From contig CM082586.2 of NCBI GenBank assembly GCA_040954595.2, forward strand, positions 525,123 to 589,122: a DNA stretch of 64,000 bases, written 5' to 3'. The first letter of the stretch is position 1. Each line of letters opens with the position of its first letter. Origin of the DNA: Balanoglossus misakiensis. Lineage: Eukaryota > Animalia > Hemichordata. The notes below the pieces were generated by a model. The model was not told the DNA's origin and ran no database searches. It saw only the letters and a program-made list of their open reading frames with translations. The position numbers and the translations under genes are program-made. Of this stretch, positions 1 to 13,666 are shown piece by piece.

Positions 1-3000
1 TACATCCTGAAGTAGAAGACTTTGAATATCTGAGATTTGGCAAAGGCAAGAACTATGATGCCTACAAACTTGGTCAAGGTAATTCCACTCAGGACCTGGA
101 AATAAGAAGACGATTATATAAATATATGGAATTCTGTGTGTGAGTGTGGAATTCTGTATGGGAGTCAAAATATTCTTTCCAGATGTGATTCAGTAATTCT
201 CTTAACTTACCGAGCTTCCCATGTGACCCAGTGCATATTCTGCTCGTTCTTTCCTGGTTGGTCGAGTGTTGACCGCAAAGGCTCTCACTGTATGGGAACA
301 GAATTCAACAGATATACCAACAGCCTGGAAAAAAATAAAATGTTAGTTGAAGTGTGAGAGATACACACAATGTTGGCCATACATGGTATATGTAAATGAA
401 GGATCATCAAGAACTTACCATCACTAGATTGACTAAAGACACAGCATTCAAAGTGATATTCCACAGGTACATAACTCCCATGATGTTCACAACAATCATA
501 ATTATCGTTAAGCAAATGATCAGCGCTGAGTAGAAGGCCAGACCAAGAAGTACAAAGGTCACAACAAAGATGGCTGCCAAAGAGATCCCCAGATTGACCA
601 TAGCGTCATTCTTGATGTACAAATACTGCTCGTAGTAGACATAGAACACACTGAAATAAAAACAAAAAATTTAATTTATTTTGTGATGTGTGGGAGTTAG
701 GTTTGTAATTCAGAGCTATCACGACACACAATTACAAACTCTCAAAAGTGAATTGATGACATACCTGTATGGATAGACCTCAAAGTCATCATCTTCTACA
801 TCTAACATGGACGTAATGTTAGCACTTATGTTTCTAGCACGTTCCAAAGCACTGATAAAATCTGATGAGGTTTTTAATGTTGTGTGGTACGTCATGAAAT
901 ATGTGGCTGGACAAGAAAAGAGATTTATTAGCAATAATCATTATTGAATGACTTCAGGACGTACATCAAAGACAAAATACCTTTTTTCCACATCTCAGAA
1001 TGAAATTGTTGTATTTACATGAAACATGGCTGTACTCACCTCCAACCTGACCTTTGTCCAATGTTACTGCACTACCATACGCAGCATGTCCACTGAAATG
1101 AAAATGGCCGAGGAGAATTGTTATTAATGATACATTAAAATCTGTGGTGCAGTTTGGGTCGTGTTTGAACACAAACAGAAAAACACATTATACCATTTCT
1201 CACACTTTCAAAATGATCTTTACTTTAGATTCAATGACTAAGTACAATTGAATATCAGACTGAAACAAATCTTACCCTTTGGCACATTCTTTTCCTGGGT
1301 TGTCTTCTAAGAAATAAGGCAAATATTTGGTGAACTCCATTCCAATTGGTCTTTGACCTTTCTCTGATCCTCCGTGGCATGCTAAACATGTTTTATTTGC
1401 CCCCACTGACAAAAAAAGAAATAAGATTTCTGATGATATCTGGTTTTGATAAATCTGATAAAGGTGTGTCCAAATATTTAAGTGATGAACAATATCCTAT
1501 ACTGTTTAGTTGAATACGTACCTGTGGCTGGACAGAAGGGATGTCCTGATTGGTTGTAATAACGGCAACATGGTATAGCACCCCCTGCATTCAACCAATC
1601 AAAGTAATCGTCTAACCAAGAGCTTGCTGGGTGGGCAATCCTAGTACTGTAGTCAAGTAAAAACAAAAGAACCATTTAATGGCATGAACATGATTTGATT
1701 GTACTCTTCAGTATTTTCTGTTATATGTATTGGCTCCAGTTCCCTTGCTGCTTGGAAAGATACACAGATAAAAATTCAAAACCAAATCAAAAGTTACAGG
1801 TACTCACTATTCACTAAGCTCTGATGCGTGATATATCTGTGATGTAAATGAATCCACATTACATCCAGATCCTCCACAAATCTTATTCTGACCCTCTTCT
1901 GATGTGAAGTCATATCCTTCTTTGGTGACGAAATAAACCGGTGCTCCAACATTTAGATAATCACTGATACTATTGAAATAATCAATGACGTACGAGTCCT
2001 GCAAATGACACAAACAGATTTTAAAATTTTCTTCCCCATTTCCCTCTATAGAGGTCCAACTTTACCATAGATAACAATGGATTTGGACTAAACTATAGTG
2101 GTGAAAGGGTTATTGTTAAAAGTCTTACCTCTGGCATAGACAACTTCTGGTCTAATCCAACCTCCACTTTAGTCGTGAGGACTGCACTGCCACAAAACAT
2201 GAAGACAAACACAATAACCTGAAAAGAATAACAATAGCAGATTTTTTTTAGTTCTGATGAAATGTGTGACATACTTATTGGCAAGACGTTACCACTACAT
2301 AAGGGCTCAGAAACTGACAAGCACAGTATCTATTATGGTACTTACAACAATCGGACGTAACCAGTTTTTCATCAGAGCTGGTGCATAGTACTTGGTCATG
2401 AATGAATAAAGAAAACCACTTTCTTTGGGCACTGGTTCTTTCTTGGAGCTGGGAACGCAGCAACAAATATCCAGACGCCCTGCTTCCTGTCGTTTGGCAT
2501 CAAGAGACAACAATGCGACAAATGCAGTAATTTGAAGCAAGAAGTCAATGAAGACAGCCGCAGCAGCATAAAGTGAGAATGCTTTGACTGCTGGCATTGA
2601 CGACAAGGCACCTGGAATAAAGACAATATTACAAATGTCAAATTTCATCCATGGAAACAATCAAGTTATCCTAAACAGCATGGTCCTAAGGATTTTACAT
2701 TTTTAACACAAAGTGCATTTTTACATACCTAGGAAGAAAGCGATAGATTCTGATAGACTTGTCAGTAACATACTGGGGCCAACCTCTCCAACAATACGGC
2801 CTATCTGGTCTCCTCTGTCTTCGTAAGCCATGCGGACATCTCGCTGCAAAGTCAACAAAATGAACAATCTTATCAAAATTGTGTCTCATTTGTTATACCA
2901 AGTTTCAGTCTTTACATTTTTGACAAACCCAGTTGGGAACAGATCATTTATTTTACCTGATATGCTTGCACCAGAATAAAGATATTGTCCACACCAACAG

Positions 3001-6000
3001 CCAGGACCAAGAAAGGCATGACCTCAATGACAATCAATGTTGTTGGAACTCCAATGTAAGCCATGATTCCCAATGAAGCACCAACTGAACACAGGACTAT
3101 TAGAACACCACTCAGTCCAAGAGTTATCTTGGAATCAATCTGTGAATGAGAGAAAAACAGCATTTCAATAAACTATTGCCCAAGAAAGAATTATAATCAA
3201 TGCGAAAAACAAACACTGACATGTACTTCTACACTTACCAGAAGTCTGTCACAGCGAGTGATTTGGCCCAATGCCAAGGCAACGTACGCAAACATGAGTA
3301 GATAACTGATCAGGATTGTTATGATGTCACCACTGCTTTCTCTTTCAATCTCATCTTCAATTGAGCGCTGAAATAAGAAAGAATTAATGTAAAATTGAGA
3401 AGAGAGAGATTGAGAGAGACAGAGAGAATTGACATGAGAGAGAGAGGATTGACATCAACGTAGGATGACCTGAATAACAACTGAAAACACTCACCTCTGC
3501 AGAAAACGAAATGGATAAATTCTTATTGGTGTATTTGTTCTGAATGAAATCCAAGAAAGCTTTCTCCCATGTCATTGCCATGTCAAGTTTTCTGCTATTA
3601 GTGCTGTTGGCTTTTCCGGGTAAAAAATTGTTGACAGTAAAAGTGATCACAAGAGCAGTTGCATTGGTGTAGTTCATATCTGTGTAAAAATTAACAAAAT
3701 TAATTAGTGTTTAAGTACCAATATCGACAATTAAGTAGTGAATGAATGATATAATATTAGAGAGCTTTGGAGACATAAATTCAATTTTTGCAAGAAGCCC
3801 ATAGTTCCATAAAACAAAACCCAAATATTCTAAAGATATGGAAATATCCCACTCACTGTCATATCCACCAAGTACAACCCAAGGGAATACAGGACCTCCG
3901 TATGTGGCCAGGCATGGATCATGTAACTGAGTGGTGTCATTCAAAGATGCTGGTGACCTGTTGAGTGAAAATTGTGTAGATGTGAAAATTAGATTCGAAT
4001 TGTCTTTTGGAAAGATAAGAATTTTCTTAGGCCTCTGGTATGTTCAAAACCCAGGTTTTCTGCAATTACCAATAAATGGGCAAACACTTGCACTTGCAAT
4101 GACAGTATTCTTTGTTTTGAGTTAAAAACAATAATATGAACAAGGACTTACATTGAACAATACATGAAATGATCATGATAGTCAGCTGCAACCCAGAATC
4201 CTGATGAATCCATGACGACTCGGTCGAGCTGTTGGTGACTATTCTGGAAATATTGCAAGGCACTCTCAATCGTACAATTGTTATTGTCTGGAGACAACGG
4301 CTTGAAGCAGATATCCTTAAACGTGATGTTCCTACGCTCAGGTTCAAACCAAACTGGCATATGTTCAATCGCCAACTGAAGATCAAGAACCTGTTGTCAA
4401 AAAAAGGAAAGGTGTGTTAACCTTTTACAACAATGGTTTGGTCTAATTCCTTTGTTTTCTGCATTGGACAGATTGGAAATCTGTTCAATGCAGAAAGGTT
4501 TCCCGATCCCGATTATATATGCAACAGCTACCATCATTTAGAAATAATCAACCACACAGACAAACGCTCAAATAGACAATGTTGATCTACCTGGTGGAGA
4601 ATATCTTTTGTGAGAACTGGTCCAAATGGTATAATATCGCCATACGGGTAAGTATCATAAATTGTCCAGTTTGTGTTTGGAGCAGTGATGATCAGTTGTT
4701 CTGTACGATAAAAGGGTCCAAACTTTTCATCATAGTAGTCCTTCTCAAGACGGGCTTGGCTTGTCGGTGCTGACCACAATTCGACCGGGTCGGTAATTAT
4801 TTGTAGAAAGTAGACACCAGCACATGCAGCGCCGACTAAAACTAAACAGACTAGGATAACCTTGATGGGATTATTGGCACATATGGTGCCCCACATCAAG
4901 AAAAGCTGTCGTAATTTACGCTCAAAGAATTCGCCGATCTTTTCAATGCAGCTGATGTCATTTGGAGTGACGAACTTCTGTGTGGACGGCACGTGAGTAT
5001 CACCATTGATCGCGACAGACGCTCCTTCGGTCTTCTTCTTGCGACATCCATAGTAAGTTGCCAGAGATGTCAGAAACAGAATCAGGAATCCACCAAAGGC
5101 GCATATAGCAATAAAGAGGGGTCCATAGATTCCCAAAATCTTCCACTCAGGAGGGGGAGGAGGAAGAGGAGGTTGTGGGGGGCACACTACCGGACAATCC
5201 TGACAACTGCACGGATCAGTGTCATTTGAAACAGCTTGACTACATGCCACGTAGGAGGAGTTCAAAGGGTGGATGTTATCAGGCAAGGGTGCAGCTGAGT
5301 TATTGACAATATGAAAGTTAATCTGAAATGGCGTTTGACCGTTATTGATGTCGCCCATGAAATCAAGAAAATGCTGCGGAGTGCACTGGTCAGCTGTGTA
5401 GCCACCACAAAACATTGAGATGGCACGAGAGTTTGAGCTGGGGAACAAGACATTGGAACAAGAATTGTACACACCACCGGCGAAATCTTCAGTCATATAG
5501 TACGAGATTTCCTGAACACTTAGCACGTAAGCAGGGTCCTTCTTATCTGGGGTGTCTTCAATAACTGGTGTTGTATCGGCTGCTCGTGGCATAAAAGCAG
5601 AAACTTTACCAGTGTCGTCTTCCATCAAGGGTTTACTGTTGTTGTGGGTTTTGTTAAGAGGTGCGAAATTGGTTGAAACTTTGGTGACGTTGAGAAAGAG
5701 ACTATGGTTAGGATTGCAAGTGAATTCACAGTAGAGTTTGTAGAAGTTATATAGACATGAGGGACATCTTGAGAATGTCTGGTCTGGGACTTGGAGACTG
5801 GATTTCAAATTCTGCAGCTGATTCACACTGCAACACGTATATGGGGTCCCCTCGTCTGGAACAAGGTATGGACACACGTCTTTCAGGATTTCAACTCCTT
5901 CTGGGTCAGTCATCGCCTTCGCAGGACCGTTATACACACAATTTAAACCTTTCCCGTTGACATGGTTTACATCACATACATCATACCAAACACAGTATCC

Positions 6001-7611
6001 TTCTTTATGGATCATTTTGGAGGATACCTGAAATGAAGAAAAACAAACAAAAACGGTTACACAGGAAAAAATTTACTGATTCACTCTTTATGGATGATAG
6101 TCATGTCAAGGTAAGATCTTCATAATCCTTATGACAACAACCAGGTATCACATGTCTAGGTGGGTGATATCCCTGACAGGTGGGTGTTGACCAAATGATG
6201 TCATAGACAGATACTGACATCATAACCACATAACTCTTTGTTTTCTGGTTTCTGTAGGTGGGTGGAACAATAACTTGTAACTATACTTTTCTCTAGAGAA
6301 ATAGTTACATCTGAAAACACAAACTTCCATTGTTACTTCAACATCAGTGATGTGGGTATGTAGACAGACAAACTGCCAGTCATGGCCAGCAAAGTCAGTA
6401 CACTAACATGTGTGTTTTTTACAATTAATACAGGACAAACAGGCAATATCCTGATTTCAAGAATGTCTGAAAAACCCTGACCACTGCCCTCTCATTTGAG
6501 TTTTAAGGTGCAGGGTTAAAGAATTCAATTGTTTATGACTGACACATTCTTTCAAAACCCTGCAAGTAATAGCAGAAACTCTTTGATGGAGTGTTTATGC
6601 CCAAGACCCTATTTCCTGACGGCACAATAATAATATGCAAATGTATAATCTAGACAAACTTGCCATTCCGGGACCAAGCCATATGAAGAATATGATTTTC
6701 AAACAATGAGCATGGCCTCTTTCACACATTACTTGGGGCTTCAGTCAAAACACAATTGTATCATTAAGATTTGGATACAATGGGGAACCAAGACAATCCT
6801 TGCCATTTTTATGGAAATAAAGATCCAGCTGTCATTGCTGTAGAATGGAGATATCCCTAACCCTGTTCCCACCTTGGCAAGGACTAGCATTGTTGGTAAC
6901 AGTGCTATAGTAGACACTGAGACACTAGCAGACAAGTTATAACCAGATTTTCTCGAGTGTCTATGTGCTTGAGACAACATAGTCACTACTAGAGTGACCT
7001 TGGAAATGGACACAATCTGGTCAGACTTGTTACAATGACGAAACGGGCTTTTCGATCTAATTACTTGCATTTGACAGGTGATGTCTTACATCATTGACAT
7101 ACCACTGTTATGTTCATACTTAGAATTTGATTAACACTTGACCACTTCCCCCATTCACACCTACCCGCCCACTTGGGATGGAAGATCTAGAGGGATGAGT
7201 TTGAAGGCTCGTCTGACTGATCAATAAATCTGATTTGGGTGAAAATCAAATTTCGAATTGTCTTGTTTTCGATATCCGAAAGAAACGTTATGTGCCTAGA
7301 CACTAGTTATTTTAGGCCACATAGGGGATGCATGAAAGGTATCTATGTCTATTATGATTGTACGTTTCACTGATCGATGATGACCCTGAAACTAACAACG
7401 TGATCTCATCATCTGTAGATAAATTTGCACGTTTTCACTAAAAACGCATCACGTAAAATGTTTTGATCAAACGCTCTTACTTTTTTAGATTACAGATCGG
7501 TTAAAAGACACGGAAAAAAGGCATTATTTAACCCAAACATACCTGAGATACGATGACAAACACAACGATTGCCATGATGGTAGTCATGTGAACTTTGCTG
7601 ACAGACGCCAT
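1..7611 (-). CDS. NPC1: Niemann-Pick C1 lysosomal cholesterol transporter, multi-exon; C-terminus lies beyond the window start
   Basis: Exon 1 at 7543-7611 encodes a signal peptide ([23 protein letters not shown]). The large exon 4591-6027 carries the Cys-rich N-terminal domain (CVWYDVC, RCPSC, CSCQDC), a polyproline linker, TM1 and TDPVELWS. Later exons give the sterol-sensing domain ([23 protein letters not shown]), [10 protein letters not shown], and [11 protein letters not shown] / [12 protein letters not shown]. The introns I read are GT-AG. Confidence 0.97.
2030..2112. mobile_element. Fragment of a dispersed, probably piggyBac-type non-autonomous repeat (related copies near 21421-21460 and 52400-52465)
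   Basis: Ends in gtgaaagggtta. Its reverse complement aligns with 52400-52465 (agtccaaa..attgtt..ggtaaagttggacctctata). The 21421-21460 copy ends gtgaaagggttaa, the GGG-TTAA terminus typical of piggyBac elements. Confidence 0.55.
3397..3448. repeat. Imperfect (GA)n microsatellite in an NPC1 intron
   Basis: Interrupted gagaga runs. Confidence 0.8.
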
Positions 7612-7790
7612 CGTTTTCAGAACCGATGGATCTGCCTTCACAACAGAAACACGAACGCTTTGATTCTCTCTTCCAGGTGAATCGAACTTTGCCTTATCGT
7701 CGATGGAATTCGGCTAAAAAGAAAATTATGATCGTAGGGCGGATACCGGTGTTGTAAATCGTCGCAGCAGAGGCAAGGGTAAAGGTGAGA

Positions 7791-7858
7791 CCAATGGGTA
7801 AATCACGTGACTCATGTGGCGTGACTTGACGCCACAATCTCACGTCAGGTCACGAGAT
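7791..7858. promoter_or_regulatory. NPC1-proximal motif cluster: CCAAT box, CLEAR/E-box and sterol response element
   Basis: CCAAT at 7791, ATCACGTGAC at 7802-7811 (CLEAR consensus GTCACGTGAC), GTGGCGTGAC at 7816-7825 (reverse complement GTCACGCCAC, fits SREBP RTCACSCCAY), and more TCACG half-sites at 7840-7858. CpG-rich, about 190 bp upstream of the NPC1 ATG. Confidence 0.65.
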
Positions 7859-8728
7859 TTCGCGCGATATCTTACCATATTTGGTATGACGAGCATCATC
7901 CGATACGACTGTTTATATACACTATACACCACTGAACTAGTCATAAATCACCACCCAATGACTCATGTCATGTTCCCGGTTGATGTTTGTACATATATAC
8001 ATTTTATAAGCAGTAACCAATGGGGATTTAAAGAATTGTCATAATAAAACGGATCGCCTAGTAGCCGATTAAAAAAATCCTACATATAAAAGTCAGTACT
8101 TTTTAAATTCACCATTGGTTTTAGGTGAACATATTCAAAAAGTTTATAACACAATTGAGAACGAGCATACGATTTTATTCGACCACAGAATTTAATTTCA
8201 TTTGGTCAGGTGAACTAAGCGTAAAACTTTCTCGAAAATGAAATTAGTAGAAGCTCACGTTTGTGCGTTTACCAGTCTCGCTAAAAAGCCTGGTTCAACT
8301 GTCTATGATTCAGCATACGTCATGTTTATGTCCTTCGGTTGAAGTGGGATATCCTTGATTAAACGCCAAAATACCTTGACCCCGTCCTCATCAGTATAAA
8401 AGATAAGACAGCGAAATATGTTGGCACCAACTCAACACGTTGTAAGTTGGCTGAACATGCGTGATAGTGGTCTGAGCTCAAACGCATTAGCCTACAACGT
8501 AACTATCATTAAAATATTGCACTTTTTCTCAGTTAAACAACTGATATTCTGTGTTCTGGGCAGTTTTAAAGAGGTTATGAATACGAAACAGTGTACATGT
8601 ATTAGGCCTGTACGATGCATGTCCATTTCTCGACAACAGCGCCCCCAGTGGCCAAATTATCTTTTCCTAGCCTGACTGCAGCAATAAATTTGCATATGGT
8701 GACCTTTAGAAATTGACACACCCCTTTA

Positions 8729-8738
8729 GTCACCTGAC
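8729..8738. promoter_or_regulatory. CLEAR-like E-box upstream of sialin
   Basis: GTCACCTGAC, one mismatch from GTCACGTGAC, about 115 bp before the SLC17A5 ATG. Confidence 0.4.
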
Positions 8739-8851
8739 TTCTTTGAAGGGTCACCAGCTGTTGAAATCGTCGAGCGATCAGTCTCTGTGTTGTCTCTCGT
8801 CTGTTTTGTTTGTATTTCTGTGTCTGAACAAGAGCATGTACCGATTTTAAG

Positions 8852-11800
8852 ATGAATACAAGAAACAGTAACGAAGATAAGGAACCGCTCATCAATTCGC
8901 AGGCGAAGAGTACGAATGATCAAGCCAAACACCAGAATGGTAAGTGCATTGTTTACAACAACACGTCAACAGTCAACACTTCTGAACCCAGTTTCTCAAA
9001 ACCTACTATAGTATGTGACATGGGACCTGAAACTGTATGACAATAGATCATCACAGCTCAGAGACATTGTCACCCATTTTGATCATTGATCGTTGCCATC
9101 TTTTGTTAACTCATTATGTCCGCCATTCACAGGCCATTCAAATTCTCCACAAAAACATCAAAGGAATCAGAGTATCAAAGTCTTTCAGCGCGTAACCACC
9201 CCTTGTTTTGTGGTCTATTGATATGAATAATAAGCCTATACCTAAACAGAGAATTGGCAAAGTTAGGTATTTATGACATGCAAAAGAAAACGTTTTTAAA
9301 TCAAAATCACTGATAATTTGTTATTGTAACCTTGGATTGTTAGAAGACCTTCACTACCAACTCCAAGGTTTGACCACAGTCCCTCAACCACAGGGACTTT
9401 GGTTTGACATAACATGTAGCATATTATTGACCATTATTCATAGCTTCTTGTGAATGCTTAACTGCAATCATACCAAAATGATGTAAATTTTGTCAGACAA
9501 GTAAATTGACTTTGATTTCTTTAGTTCCAGGGTGTTTATCATGTCGCCAAGTCCTTGCTTTTCTGGGATTTCTTGGTTTTGTCAATGTCTACTGTCTCCG
9601 TGTCAACCTGAGTGTAGCATTGGTTGCCATGGTGAACAGTAATGGAAGTCAAGTAAATCAGTCGGATGAATGTCAATCAAACAACACACAAAATCAACAG
9701 GTAGAGTATTCCGATTTCAATTTGACATTGGTCTGACCTTGTCTCCGTCTTGTGAAGGTTGATTTGGTCGAGATGGAAGCAGAAATCATTGAAAGCAAAT
9801 CAAACTGATTTGAAACACTTTCAACTTTACTAACGTGCTGTAACACCTGAATAGAAGTCATTCATTCTGATCTTTTTGTTATTTTTTTTTTACTTATTTT
9901 TATCAACAGGAGGGTGATTTTGACTGGGATGAAAAGACTCAAGGAATTATCTTAGGTTCCTTTTTCTATGGTTACATAGTAACTCAGATTCCTGGTGGTT
10001 GGCTGGGAGCGAGGTTTTCAGCCAAGAAATTATTTGGTTTTGGTGTTCTCTGCACATCAGTGTTGACCTTGGTGACTCCAATCGCAGCAAAACTGGGCGA
10101 TCATTCTGATCATCCTCCAATCCTCTTGATTGCAGTCAGAGTTCTGGAAGGCATTGGAGAGGTGAGGCTTTCTTCTTGTAGAATACACAACTAAAGATTG
10201 ACAGACTTGTGACAGGATTTTTCTGCACCATTGTCTGTCACAGGTCTGATGTAGCACTGGCCGGGCATGTACGGTGCATGTCTGACATACAATAACTGCT
10301 CATGTACATATATTAATTTACAATCAAATTGATTTTTTGGTTCTTAGGGTGTGACATTTCCAGCCATGCACGCACTCTGGGGCAAGTGGGCGCCACCCTT
10401 AGAAAGAAGTCGCCTAGTAGCTTTCACATACGCAGGTATTGCCACATTGATATTTTATATTTATTCAAAGACAGTTGAGACATGAAGTGAATGAATGTTA
10501 TCATATGAATATCTTCTTTCAGATCAATATGTTGATACCTATTTTTCTTTTCTGTCTATTTTAGGTGCTCAGCTTGGCACGGTGATAGCTCTACCAATTT
10601 CTGGACTGTTATGTGATTCCAAATTTGGCTGGCCATCTGTCTTTTATGTTTTTGGTAAATACTTCTATTTTGGTTACTATGGATCCCATCTGGACATCAC
10701 ACCTGTCCAATCACTAATTGGTTATTCATAATTCTTGCTTACAAATGATTTGCATATTATTGTTCTAATGTAGGAGCAAGTGGATGTTTATGGTTCATTA
10801 TTTGGATGTTGTTAGTTCATGAAACACCTGCTGAACATCCAAGGATCTCTAAAGAAGAAAGAGATTATATTGAATCGTCATTAGGAAAAGAAATTAAAGG
10901 GAAAGTAGGTATTATATTATTCAACTCAGAATTAATTAAAACAATGTAGTAAAACAAAGTGAAGATAAAAGAATGATAAACCAATATTTTGGTTTTAAAT
11001 CTTATCTTCTCTGCTTACATTTCAGGATTTGTCTGTTCCATGGTTGTCCATAGCAACATCAATTCGTGTCTGGGCGATCATTCTTTCCCACATCGCCAAC
11101 AACTGGGGATTTTACACTTTACTTACATGTCTACCAACTTATATGAAACACATTTTAAAATTTGATCTTTCACAGGTTAGTACATGTACAATAATTTATA
11201 AAATATTATGTCAATATCAAACATACATATTGCAGACATGGCATGATATTTGAACACTTTTTTATACCATTAATGATTTTCTTGCCAAAATTCTCCCACA
11301 GAATGGATTTATATCAGCAGTTCCATATTTCTTGCTTTGGTTCATACAATCTACTGGTGGAAGACTTGCAGATTTCTTACGTGAAAGACGTATACTCTCA
11401 ACAACTAGAACTAGAAAACTCATGAATTCTCTTGGTGAGTGGGATATTCAATTTATGCTGGAAAATGGTAGTATTTACACCACATTCAGATAATTTTTAA
11501 GTCTAGAAACTTGTACAATTTCAGGTCAATCTTCTTACCCTTTATACATCATGAGTAACTCCATCTACTTGTACAGCCGAAATTATGAAAGGTCGCCGAT
11601 TCAATATGTGATCTAGACGTCCTGTGTGCACTGAACACACGATGTGTTTATCTAACACAAACAACAGAACCTCTCATAAAAGAGATGCGGTATCATTAGA
11701 CTAATTACAGATGGTAGTCTGGAAACACGCTCCCCCTCAGAGAGAGTTGTTTACTTGGGTACACTCTCAACATAAAGCGTATACACTTTGAGATTAAACT

Positions 11801-12636
11801 TTGACATCCGTGTTACAAGTAAACAACTCTCTCTGAGGGGGAGCGTGTTTCCAGACTACCATCTGTAATTAGTCTAATGATACCGCATCTCATTTATGAG
11901 AGGTTCTGTTGTTTGTGTTAGATAAACACATCGTGTGTTCAGTGCACACAGGACGTCTAGATCACATATTGAATCGGCGACCTTTCATAATTTCGGCAGT
12001 ATCTATCAACAGGTATGTTGTTGCCCGCAACATTTTTGATTGCCAATGGATATGTTGGCTGCAATAAAGTTTTAGCCGTTGTGTTTTTAACTTTGGCTGT
12101 TGGTGGTGGAGGTTTCTGTATGTCTGGTTTCAACGTCAACCATTTGGACCTTGCACCTCGTTATTCTGGTGTTTTGATGGGTATAACCAACATGTTTGGT
12201 ACTATTCCTGGATTTGTAGGCCCTGCAATTGTTGGACAGCTCACCAATAAACAGGTAGGTGCCTCAGAACAGTAATGCTATTCTAGCCAATCTGATATAA
12301 ACAGTGAACCCAAGCAGGTGGTAGAACTGAACGAAAATGTACAGCAAAGGTCGTGCTGGACGTCATCAGTTGTTAATTCTGTCTTCATTTCCCGTTTCTT
12401 TACAGCAAACCAGAGAACAATGGCAGATAGTGTTTTATATCTGTGCTGCTATATACCTTCAAGGTTTGGTCACATTTTTGATTTGCGGCACAGGACAAGA
12501 ACAACCATGGAATACTCCTGATGCAAGTAAATCACGAAAATACGCACCGCTGTTAACAGATGATGATGACGCTGAGATTGAAAACCCGAAACAGATTCAG
12601 TATGGATCATCACAAGATAATGATAGAATGATTTGA
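8852..12636 (+). CDS. SLC17A5: Sialin-like SLC17 anion/sialic acid transporter (MFS), about 10 exons
   Basis: N-terminal dileucine-type motif DKEPLI; [17 protein letters not shown]; [27 protein letters not shown]; [21 protein letters not shown]; [13 protein letters not shown]; [18 protein letters not shown]. Approximate exons: 8852-8940, 9525-9700, 9910-10161, 10348-10435, 10565-10653, 10774-10904, 11027-11175, 11302-11434, 12013-12254, 12406-12636. Confidence 0.92.
11574..11999. mobile_element. Foldback MITE (Tc1/mariner-type non-autonomous element) with 184-bp terminal inverted repeats and TA target-site duplication
   Basis: 11574-11757 is the reverse complement of 11816-11999 with two mismatches found by eye; 58-bp spacer; TA at 11572-11573 and 12000-12001; left end starts CAG. 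Confidence 0.9.
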
Positions 12637-13666
12637 TGAAATATCAATCAAGAGAATATAGTGTAACTGTAGGCTGATATTTTTATGGATTTCTGTCGTT
12701 TGAGACAACTGTATTGAAATAGAACATTTTTTCTTTGACTAGACTTGGTATAGAGCCAGATACCAAACTCATAATCTTGTATTTACAATTTTAACCAGTT
12801 GTTTTTAAAAGCTATCTTTTAACTTTTAAATTGAAGAAGCCATGTATAATACTTTCTATTTTTATACACAGCAGGTGCCAGGTTTCATGCCAAAATGTTT
12901 TCTATAGTAAGTTATAGAACGAGAAAATCAACAGATGTGAAATTTGGCCAAACAAGTCTACCTCGATGTATAAAAGCATCATTCTCCACACCTTGGAAAG
13001 ACGCACATGACACAAAACTTCTCATAACTGATCTGTTTTTTTTTCTGTGGATAAGGAAAATAAAGTATGATACAATAAATGGTGACTATGTTAGTACTTT
13101 TCTGCCAAAACACTACTTGTCGTCCACTCAGCCATGTTGACAGATGATGAGCAACACAGACAAAAAATCTTGAAAGGGAATGTTTCATGATCATTTTGCT
13201 GGATATTTCTCTAATCTGATACTTTCTCAATTTGCTAAGTACATAATTTTCTCACCGACTGTATAAACTCTGCATCACAACTGTCACCACCTCATCATGG
13301 TATATATGCAAACTTTGACAAAACTCTAATGTAGAGACAAATATTAGTCATGGTGAGCACACAGCTTTCGTAGAAAGCTTACCAATATTTCATGAGTTCC
13401 AGCATTGGCCATCCTTGTCTTAACTGTACCATAATTGGCCTTCTTATCCCTTTCAGCACTGTTGGCACACAAATATACAATGTAGACTTGATCATCTTCT
13501 GCAAAGACTAATGAATGTTCAAATGTGCAAAAAGAGTTATAAACTTGCTGTGAACTTGGCTGTGAACCATGACTTACTGAGGCATGACAAAATGCAATAA
13601 TATAATATATTTGCATAAATCTACATAATCTAAATAATAACTAACTAAAGGAAAAAATTATAACTT

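Noticed and set aside
8637-8653. CTCF-like motif GGCCACTGGGGGCGCTG in the sialin promoter
   Set aside because: It is one base short of the consensus spacing, so the match is too weak to call.
11574-11999. Foldback interpreted as a miRNA or other ncRNA gene
   Set aside because: The arm length, TA duplication and CAG terminus fit a DNA-transposon MITE better.
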